Assembly: GCA_005222975.1 (NCBI GenBank)
Contig: NJBI01000024.1
Span: 1-48,315, forward strand
DNA: 48,315 bases
DNA from: Promethearchaeota archaeon Loki_b31
GTDB lineage: Archaea; Asgardarchaeota; Lokiarchaeia; Sigyniarchaeales; SOKP01
Direction: 5' to 3'
Shown here piece by piece: positions 8,775-16,030 of the stretch; positions within the stretch are counted from its first letter, which is position 1, and every line of letters begins with the position of its first letter. The notes under the pieces were generated by a model, which worked only from the letters and a program-made list of their open reading frames with translations, was not told the DNA's origin and made no database searches. A program made the translations under genes and the position numbers.

Positions 8775-9821
8775 ATGAATAGTAAGATAAAATTAACTTT
8801 AGGGGAAGGAATAGAAATAGAAGCTGAAGAATTACCTTTTTCTCAAGAGATTAAAATTGTTAAGAATCCTAGAGATATTTTAAAGCTTCTTTGTATCGGT
8901 ACGAATATACCTCATTGGCCAGAATTTGATAAATATATATTACATGATCTTATCCATTTTCATGCCAATTCAATTGTTTTAGTTGAGACAGCTAATATTG
9001 TTGCTCATGTATTAGTGTATCATTATAAAAAGGATACATTATATTTTGGTTTTTTCGGAGTCATAGGCGATAAAACAGCTAAAATAGAATTTATGATTGA
9101 TAAACTAATAGAATATGCAAAAAAAACCAAGTATAAATTCATTCGGGGTCCTATTAATATCCCAACAATCATTTATGGGTGGGGTTTTATGGAAAAGGGA
9201 AGTTCTACAAAGCTTTCTATTCATAAACCTGTAAATCTACCAATTTATAATGAAATTTTTAGCCGAAAAGGTTTTTCTGTAATCTTAAAGGAGTTTTCAT
9301 ATGAAGGTGAATTTCAACCAATACCCTTACATTTTATTGAGAACTACGATTTCAGCGATTATGAACTAATTCATTTTAATAATTGGGATGATTTTGCTAA
9401 GATAAAGCATGAATTTTTACTATTAAACTCTAAAAATTTACCTCCTAAATCTGTGGTGACTCCAGATTCAGGGGGAATCTTCGATAATTATTTTGACTTT
9501 ATAAAACAGTATGGCAACCCGTTCATGCTCGTCTTTCTAAAATATATAAAAACTAATAAGTTAATCGGATGTTTTATTGGCACTCCAGATCCTTTTAATA
9601 AAGATTCTTTTGTTCTATTAACGATTGTAATTGATAAAGAACATAGAAATAAAGGTTTAGGATGGTTAATGGCTAAAGATCTTCTTGATAACGCATTAAA
9701 ACATAATATTCGATATTGTACAACTTTTGTCGGGAGCCATGTAGTTAGAACTAAAGAGATGAGCGAAAAAGACGGGCTTCCGCTTAAGCGAACGCATATA
9801 ATTTTTTTGTATTCAATATAA
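8775..9821 (+). CDS. Tandem-GNAT acyltransferase, YghO/bacterial ceramide synthase-like family
   Basis: N-terminal YFGFFG...IRGPINI...GFMEKG...PVNLPIYNEIFSRKGF pattern. C-terminal VIDKEHRNKGLG acyl-CoA-binding motif. Start set at ATG 8775. Confidence 0.65.
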   Translation: MNSKIKLTLGEGIEIEAEELPFSQEIKIVKNPRDILKLLCIGTNIPHWPEFDKYILHDLIHFHANSIVLVETANIVAHVLVYHYKKDTLYFGFFGVIGDKTAKIEFMIDKLIEYAKKTKYKFIRGPINIPTIIYGWGFMEKGSSTKLSIHKPVNLPIYNEIFSRKGFSVILKEFSYEGEFQPIPLHFIENYDFSDYELIHFNNWDDFAKIKHEFLLLNSKNLPPKSVVTPDSGGIFDNYFDFIKQYGNPFMLVFLKYIKTNKLIGCFIGTPDPFNKDSFVLLTIVIDKEHRNKGLGWLMAKDLLDNALKHNIRYCTTFVGSHVVRTKEMSEKDGLPLKRTHIIFLYSI

Positions 9822-9864
9822 ATTACATATACGAAGTTTTTGGATCTTATATTGAAAGTTAATA

Positions 9865-10716
9865 ATGGCTAAAAATAGGAAGCATGTAAATTGGTCAAAG
9901 TTTTACACGAATTTTATAAATAGGAACATTGGTTTAGTATCTGTTTTAGAACAGGAAAAAATTCGAGATACGACTGTAGCGATTTTTGGAGTTGGAGGGC
10001 TAGGTGGACCGCTCGCAGAAAATTTAGTAAGATCGGGATGCGAACATATTATTATTTGCGATCACGGAAAATTTGAAGAATCAAATCTTAATAGACAACT
10101 ATGTTTTAGAGAGGATATCGGAAAGCAAAAGATCGATGTTACTGAAGAAATTTTGAAAAAAATTAATCCAGACATAGAAGTATGTAAATCCCTTGAAGTA
10201 AACGAAGATAATATATCAATAATGTTAAAACATGTATCTATTGCAGTTTTAACCCTTGACGATCCTGTTACATCAATTTATATTGCCCGTAAGTGTTTAG
10301 AAGCGAAAATTCCATTATTAGAGTCGTGGGGTATTCCTTATCTTTGGGCTTGGTGGTTTACTTATGAAAGTATCGATTATGAAACATGCTATAAATTTAA
10401 CACAAAAAAATTGAGTATTAGTGAAATTAGAAATTCTGAAGATATTATAATTGACATGAAAATAAAAATTTTAGATAAGTTACAAAAATTCCCCGAAGTT
10501 CGGAAAAGGTACGATCGGGAAAAAGGTACAGTTAAAGGTTTATTATCCGGAAAACTACCGCTAGTGTCTTTTGCTCCAGTAGTAAGGATGACGGCTTCTT
10601 ATCTTGCGTTTGAAGTAATATTCTCTGGAATTATAAAAGCAAAAAAAATGATTTTAGCACCTAAAGTTTTAGGATATGATTATATCAATATGAATCCGCT
10701 AATTTTGGAATTATAA
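9865..10716 (+). CDS. ThiF/MoeB/E1-family adenylyltransferase
   Basis: Motifs RNIG...EQEKIRDTTVAIFGVGGLGG and CDHGKFEESNLNRQ...DIGKQK. Lacks the C-terminal CxxC Zn motifs. Confidence 0.9.
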   Translation: MAKNRKHVNWSKFYTNFINRNIGLVSVLEQEKIRDTTVAIFGVGGLGGPLAENLVRSGCEHIIICDHGKFEESNLNRQLCFREDIGKQKIDVTEEILKKINPDIEVCKSLEVNEDNISIMLKHVSIAVLTLDDPVTSIYIARKCLEAKIPLLESWGIPYLWAWWFTYESIDYETCYKFNTKKLSISEIRNSEDIIIDMKIKILDKLQKFPEVRKRYDREKGTVKGLLSGKLPLVSFAPVVRMTASYLAFEVIFSGIIKAKKMILAPKVLGYDYINMNPLILEL

Positions 10717-10847
10717 CTATTATCTACTTTTATGAAAAAATTGCATGACAAGTTAATATCAAAGGGTCTTAATATCTAAGTTTGTAAGGTTTTATATAGT
10801 TATAATGATATTCATAACCTAATAAATAAAAAATATAATAAGGTATA

Positions 10848-11558
10848 ATGATATTTCAAAGTGTAGATTGGACACGAATAATAATTGTTTTTATATCTCA
10901 AGCTTTCATAATAGTTCTGTTTTTTATTCTGGCATTTAAGATTTTGAAAAGAAAAAGGAATAGATCTACTATTACTCTATCTGCATTTTATATTCTTATG
11001 GCTATTGGGCTTATGTTTAATATTCTATTTATCATAATTACACCTTTAGGCAATAAAAATATTTTATTTATTATTTATATCTTAGCTTCTTACTTAATTT
11101 TATTTTCTTTCATTTTTATCGTTATGTTTATTAATATAATTTTAAAACTGGAAGAAATTTTTACAATTAAAAAAATAATTGGTATCATAGTAATTTATGG
11201 CGTTTTATGTTCGTTATTGTATTTTCTACCTGGAGGAATAAGTTTTACTTTAAATTGGATTCCAATATATAGCCTACCTTTATTTATTATTATATCTATT
11301 TTTTTTACCTGTTTTATTACTGTCCCAACTGTGCATTACTCCATACGATTGTATCGTGTGTTTAAAGCTCGTAATTTAAAAGAAAGATTACGCTTATACT
11401 TATTTGGGATTACCCTTATGATGATCGTATTTTACGGGGGTATATATTTTATAACTACATCTAATGAGCTCTTTAAAATGCTTTGGAGCGTCTTTGCTTT
11501 TGTTACGGAAATAGTTGCGGGATTATTAGTTTATTACGGGTTAGGGAGAAACTTGTAG
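10848..11558 (+). CDS. Stand-alone 7-TM membrane protein (HisKA_7TM-like sensor candidate)
   Basis: Seven hydrophobic segments counted by eye, basic cytoplasmic loops (KRKRNR, KARNLKERLR) and no catalytic domain. Confidence 0.6.
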   Translation: MIFQSVDWTRIIIVFISQAFIIVLFFILAFKILKRKRNRSTITLSAFYILMAIGLMFNILFIIITPLGNKNILFIIYILASYLILFSFIFIVMFINIILKLEEIFTIKKIIGIIVIYGVLCSLLYFLPGGISFTLNWIPIYSLPLFIIISIFFTCFITVPTVHYSIRLYRVFKARNLKERLRLYLFGITLMMIVFYGGIYFITTSNELFKMLWSVFAFVTEIVAGLLVYYGLGRNL

Positions 11559-11722
11559 CAGCTTTACGATTTTTTTTTAAAATTGAGTTTTAAAAGTTTA
11601 AATATTATAATTTTTATATTATCTGTGTATTATCTAATAATTCTCGCAAGGAATGTAGCATTTACGAAACTAGAAATAATATTCCAGATCACATTATAGA
11701 GCTTTTAGATACTCTAGAAGAA

Positions 11723-12040
11723 TTGATTAGTCCATTTCATATCAAAATTAAATCTCAAGGAAATACAATTAAAATAACTCTACAAGAAAAGGAACATCCT
11801 ACTCAAAAAGGATGCTTGCGTTGTATAACATTATCCCTTTTTGACAAACCTAAATCTTACTTACTTAGTTTGTATAAGATACACAATGATGCTGTAAATC
11901 ACGCGAATAAGGAGAAATTTGAACAAATATACGAAATTAAGGTGGAAGGAGATTACGAACTGAAATCAATTGAAAATGACTTGAAAAAACTAATTAAAGG
12001 CAAAAATCTTACCCATTCTCGTAAATATTATCCCTTTTAA
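11723..12040 (+). CDS. Hypothetical protein
   Basis: 105-aa ORF with a TTG start and one CxxC (CLRC). No recognisable family. Confidence 0.4.
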   Translation: MISPFHIKIKSQGNTIKITLQEKEHPTQKGCLRCITLSLFDKPKSYLLSLYKIHNDAVNHANKEKFEQIYEIKVEGDYELKSIENDLKKLIKGKNLTHSRKYYPF

Positions 12041-12111
12041 CAAAACCAATATGGATGAGTTAATCTGATAAGAATTGAAATATAGAATAAAAGTAAAAAA
12101 AAAATTTAGTT

Positions 12112-12189
12112 CTAATATCTGGAAAATATAATATTATATCCTGTAGGATTTAGGATCGCTTTATTATCTATTCTCTCTTTTCTTTTCAT
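12112..12189 (-). CDS. Small peptide P1 (25 aa): MKRKERIDNKAILNPTGYNIIFSRY
   Basis: Hand-translated. GAGTGA RBS-like motif just upstream of the ATG, T-run after the stop, and the same unit architecture as P2 and P3. Confidence 0.7.
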   Translation of the reverse strand: MKRKERIDNKAILNPTGYNIIFSRY

Positions 12190-12287
12190 TGTTTTTCACT
12201 CGTTTTTATTTCTTGGTTGTTTTTTTTGATTTGTTTTTTGTTTTGGTTAAATTTTGAATATTGAATTAAAAAAAAATTTAAGTTATA

Positions 12288-12359
12288 TTAAAACTCTAAA
12301 CGCTCAGGAAGGTATCCTGCGTTTTTGATTATTATTATTCTTTTCTCGTTTTCTTCCAT
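12288..12359 (-). CDS. Small peptide P2 (23 aa): MEENEKRIIIIKNAGYLPERLEF
   Basis: Hand-translated. GAGGT RBS 8 nt before the ATG and a T-run after the stop. Confidence 0.72.
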   Translation of the reverse strand: MEENEKRIIIIKNAGYLPERLEF

Positions 12360-12432
12360 CTTTTTTTACCTCGCTTTTTTTGGGGTTATGTTTTTTATTT
12401 TTGGTTTAAAATTAAAAAAAAAAAATTTATTA

Positions 12433-12513
12433 TTAAAATCTACAAATTAAGTATGCCGGATTAAATCCTTCAACTAATCTTACATCTTCTACTTCCTTTT
12501 CTTCTCTTCTCAT
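12433..12513 (-). CDS. Small peptide P3 (26 aa): MRREEKEVEDVRLVEGFNPAYLICRF
   Basis: Hand-translated. GAGGT RBS 8 nt before the ATG and a long T-run after the stop. Confidence 0.72.
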   Translation of the reverse strand: MRREEKEVEDVRLVEGFNPAYLICRF

Positions 12514-12593
12514 TTTTCTATACCTCTTTTCTGTTATTTTTGGTTTTTTTTCTTTCTTGTTTTTTATCTTGGTTAAAAAAAAATTATTTTTAA

Positions 12594-12881
12594 TTAGATT
12601 TTTAATATGAAATTGCGAACTCCAAGAAGCTTTGCGTCTACTTGCCCATTATACTTGTTTATACAGACTTCCTCTTCCGAAATCCTCGCGTTATACTTGA
12701 TTTTTGCAAACACTTTCAAGAGTTTTTTCTTAGGTGATTGTAATTTAACTTGATTTTTTTGCGCTGCTTTGACCTGCACCTGAGGCTTTAACACCTCAGG
12801 TGCCTGATCTTGGGCAGAAATTGGGTCCGCAATTTCTATGTCGTCCTTGGAAATGGATTTTTTTACTATTGCTTGTGCCAT
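12594..12881 (-). CDS. Small hypothetical protein (95 aa), first gene of the peptide array
   Basis: MAQAIVKK...LLGVRNFILKI. GTGA RBS-like motif before ATG 12881. Low-complexity Q/K/P/V-rich middle. Confidence 0.6.
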   Translation of the reverse strand: MAQAIVKKSISKDDIEIADPISAQDQAPEVLKPQVQVKAAQKNQVKLQSPKKKLLKVFAKIKYNARISEEEVCINKYNGQVDAKLLGVRNFILKI

Positions 12882-12944
12882 TTTTTTTATCACTTTTTTT
12901 TTTAAGTTCTTTTTTTTGTTGTTAATTTTATTAGATTCGCAGTT

Positions 12945-13013
12945 CTTATATAGTTTAACTTTAGGAAGTTCGAACGAACTTCGAAGTATAGTGCGAATAA
13001 CAAACCTTAAATA
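12945..13013. promoter_or_regulatory. Divergent promoter region with a palindromic operator-like site
   Basis: Minus-strand TATA-like CTATATAAG at 12945-12953. Inverted repeat GAAGTTCG-aa-CGAACTTC at 12965-12982 overlapping the palindrome ACTTCGAAGT at 12978-12987. Plus-strand TATA-like CTTAAATA at 13006-13013, about 23 nt before ATG 13036. Confidence 0.55.
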
Positions 13014-13035
13014 GCTACGAAACCGTTATATAAGT

Positions 13036-15996
13036 ATGAGTATAGTAAAATTTCCACCTGAAGGTATAATTACACCTATGAAAATCAACAAAGATTTTGA
13101 GCATATTATACTCTGGATGCTCTATAATAACGACCATTGTTCATGGTCTGATTTTAAATCGGATCCTGTAAATATAAGTCAAGCAACTTTGTCGAAATAT
13201 CTTACAATCCTAATTAATAATGGTTTTATTGAGAAGGAGAAGAAGGGTAAGTATAAGATTACACCTGAAGGTAGAAAAAAGTATACTGATCTTCAAGTTA
13301 AAGGTGCGCTTGAAAAAACATTGAATTATCCACCTGAGACTATAACAATTAAGAGAAATTACGATGATTGGATTCTTTGGATGTTATATAATAACCACCA
13401 TTGTAAATGGTCAGACTTCCTTGAGGAGCCCCTCAGAATTAATCAATCTTCATTGTCAAAGAATTTGAATTTATTACTTGAAACTGGTTATGTTAAAAAG
13501 GATAACCGTGAGTATCAGATTACTAATTCAGGTGAATTAGAATACTTCAATATGTTAAAAAAATACGATTTGGATCGCCAATCGATATTAGACGAAGAGA
13601 GCAAGAGAGTTGAGGTAATAACAGACAAGGTAATGGAGTTTTTTAACGATTACGATATCGATGATGATGGGATAAAATACAGATTTTTGAACATGGTGCT
13701 TAGGTTGGATTATACTAAGGTTGAAAGCACCTTGTCCGACGAGGTGGATTTTGATAAAATTTTGCTTTATCTCGCTATTAATCACCCGGATCAATACCCT
13801 AAGTATATCACGGCTAAAGATTTTGCTTTAGAATACGATATAAAGCTAACAACACTGAACTTCTTCATTGAGAAGATCGTTGAAGATAACATCTATCCGA
13901 TACACTTCTTTAAATTAAATGTAAGCGATAAATACACTTACTACATTCAGGCAGAAGAGCGGTTAGAAAAAATGCTAAATGTAATTATCGAGGATTATAT
14001 TAGGAAGTTTACCTATTTGAGTAAATTCCAGAACGCGAGTGGAGTTCAATATCGCATACCCGATATCAACGAGTTACTTGAAGATATAACGAGCGAAATG
14101 TGTAGTAATTTATTCCACGACGATTTGAAACCGGCTCTAAAAAAATTCCTTCCTGAGTATATCGAGCATTTGGCGTATAAATTTGAGAGCGAGAAAAGTT
14201 TGATAAACCACACAGATAAAATAAAAGGGATCGCTTTCCAAAATGTATTCGAGGTAATTCAAAGTTTTGATACATCTGAAACGGCGAGTACGATGTTCAA
14301 ATCGGCCGATAGCGAAGCGTATTACTTCTTACACAACAGAATTTTCGATACCTTGGACATATTCTATTTGACTAAAATAAATTTTATTAGAACATCTCAG
14401 TTCAAAAAGACATACTTTCCTAAGAATTCGGAATTTTTGATGAAAATTGAACGCAAATTAGCGAGAGGGAAACTATCTAAAGTAAACGATTTGCTAACAG
14501 AGAATCTAAAGAATTTAAGTAATATCGAGTTATTGCTTCTGAAAGATTTATTTTACACTTACAATGGGGAGTTAGAAGATTCGCTCGAGCTAACTGAAGA
14601 AATCATCAATAAATACCCTGACGAATATATTGGTTATTTGTTTCAATCAATAACCTATTTCTTTATGGGTAAACTCAATAGAGCGTTAGAAACCATCGAA
14701 TCAGGGTTAAGCAGGACTTACGATGTGTCGCTTATTGCTCAAAAAGCACAAATACTAATAAATCTGGATCACAATAAAGCTTTAGACATTGTTGAAGAAG
14801 CATTAGCTGAACATCCTGATAATTTTTTGCTCCAACGAACTAAATTCCTGAGCATCCTAACAGATAAAGAGTGCTGTGTAAAATCAATTGACGAACCTTT
14901 GGAACTTATTAATTCACTAATTGAAACAAATCCTAAGGACTTGGAACTCTCAGTAATGAAAGCTCTATTATACACGATCACAAACAATTATAAAGAGGGT
15001 AAAAATTGGATTAAACAGGTAGTAGAATTCAATTTACTCAAACATAACCCCCGCGTTGATACGGCAGCGTATTTGATACTATCTTACTCGTATTTAGCAC
15101 GAGGAAAATTCGAGAAAGCCTTAGAAATCGTCAACAAGGTAAAATTTCATTACGGAAATCACCCGCTTACTCACATTATCACCGGTTTTGTTCACGGATT
15201 CAATATAGTCTACAATTTGGATTCGAGTAAAGCAAACAAAGAGCTTTTTAGAGAAGAATTTCAGAAAGCAAAAACAATGGAACAAAGCGAGAAGAAATTG
15301 TCCAGGTATTATCAACTGGAAAGTTATATATTAAACGAAACAGATGGTTTTAACGAGGCAATAAAAGCAATTGATAAAGCGATCGAGTTAAGTCCGGAAC
15401 ACTTCGATATTTATAGTACAAAAGCTCACATATATTTAACTTATGACGATAAACAAGACGAAGTATTAGAGTTCTACGATGAATTATTTGAGAAATTTCC
15501 TAAAGAAGATAAAAATATTCTCCAGATGAAATCGTTCTCTTATTATGCATCAGGAAACATAACAGAGGGAGTTAAAATTCTTGAAGAAGGTCTTAAAGTT
15601 TACCCTGACTCGATAGGTATGCTAAACAACCTATCTATATTTCTAAGTAGTTTAGGAAAATTCGAAGAATCCTTAGACACAATTGAAAAAGCAATCGAAC
15701 TCGATCCACTTCAGGCAAATTTATATGATACATACGGTGAAATATTAATGTTTGCTAAGGAGTATAAAGCAGCTATAGAAAAATTTTATCAAGCGTTAGA
15801 GATGAATCCAACGGGATGGTTTGCGTTTCATACATTCCTAAAACTCTCGAAATGTTATAAAAGTATAGGAATGCTTGAGGAAGCTACAACCTGCTACGAT
15901 AAAGCAAAGATTTTAACTGAAAAAGTTATACCTGGAAAAAGAAAGGTATATTTAGATCAATTAGAAGAGAGTTTTGAAGAATTAAAAAATTCTTAG
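13036..15996 (+). CDS. Tandem winged-helix + TPR-repeat protein (probable transcriptional regulator, 986 aa)
   Basis: Two N-terminal repeats ILWMLYNNxHCxWSDF...[SN]Q[AS][TS]LSK.L..L...G[FY]...Y.IT..G. The C-terminal half has many TPR motifs (AIDKAIELSPEH, IEKAIELDPLQANLYDTYGEIL, ALEMNPTG). Confidence 0.85.
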   Translation: MSIVKFPPEGIITPMKINKDFEHIILWMLYNNDHCSWSDFKSDPVNISQATLSKYLTILINNGFIEKEKKGKYKITPEGRKKYTDLQVKGALEKTLNYPPETITIKRNYDDWILWMLYNNHHCKWSDFLEEPLRINQSSLSKNLNLLLETGYVKKDNREYQITNSGELEYFNMLKKYDLDRQSILDEESKRVEVITDKVMEFFNDYDIDDDGIKYRFLNMVLRLDYTKVESTLSDEVDFDKILLYLAINHPDQYPKYITAKDFALEYDIKLTTLNFFIEKIVEDNIYPIHFFKLNVSDKYTYYIQAEERLEKMLNVIIEDYIRKFTYLSKFQNASGVQYRIPDINELLEDITSEMCSNLFHDDLKPALKKFLPEYIEHLAYKFESEKSLINHTDKIKGIAFQNVFEVIQSFDTSETASTMFKSADSEAYYFLHNRIFDTLDIFYLTKINFIRTSQFKKTYFPKNSEFLMKIERKLARGKLSKVNDLLTENLKNLSNIELLLLKDLFYTYNGELEDSLELTEEIINKYPDEYIGYLFQSITYFFMGKLNRALETIESGLSRTYDVSLIAQKAQILINLDHNKALDIVEEALAEHPDNFLLQRTKFLSILTDKECCVKSIDEPLELINSLIETNPKDLELSVMKALLYTITNNYKEGKNWIKQVVEFNLLKHNPRVDTAAYLILSYSYLARGKFEKALEIVNKVKFHYGNHPLTHIITGFVHGFNIVYNLDSSKANKELFREEFQKAKTMEQSEKKLSRYYQLESYILNETDGFNEAIKAIDKAIELSPEHFDIYSTKAHIYLTYDDKQDEVLEFYDELFEKFPKEDKNILQMKSFSYYASGNITEGVKILEEGLKVYPDSIGMLNNLSIFLSSLGKFEESLDTIEKAIELDPLQANLYDTYGEILMFAKEYKAAIEKFYQALEMNPTGWFAFHTFLKLSKCYKSIGMLEEATTCYDKAKILTEKVIPGKRKVYLDQLEESFEELKNS

Positions 15997-16030
15997 ATGT
16001 AATTAAACATTACAATTAATTTTTTCTTTC

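Larger units (their letters stand above)
12090..12590 (-). repeat. Three degenerate tandem units (ATG spacing 154 and 170 bp): A-rich leader, RBS, mini-ORF, T-run
   Basis: The minus-strand leaders start ttaaccaagataaaaaaca, tttaaaccaaaaataaaaaaca and tttaaccaaaacaaaaaaca. Each has a second aacc..a-rich block before the RBS. Confidence 0.75.

Noticed and set aside
10848-11558. 7-TM protein as a microbial rhodopsin
   Set aside because: No DxxxK/SxxxK retinal-binding motif is present in the seventh helix.
12090-12590. Possible CRISPR array or simple low-complexity DNA
   Set aside because: The repeats are degenerate, A-rich and of unequal length, no cas genes are nearby, and the 'spacers' are RBS-led ORFs.
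9865-12881. ThiF plus small proteins as a ubiquitin/SAMP or sulfur-carrier system
   Set aside because: None of the small ORFs ends in Gly-Gly or looks like a beta-grasp fold, and there is no E2, JAB or rhodanese gene nearby.
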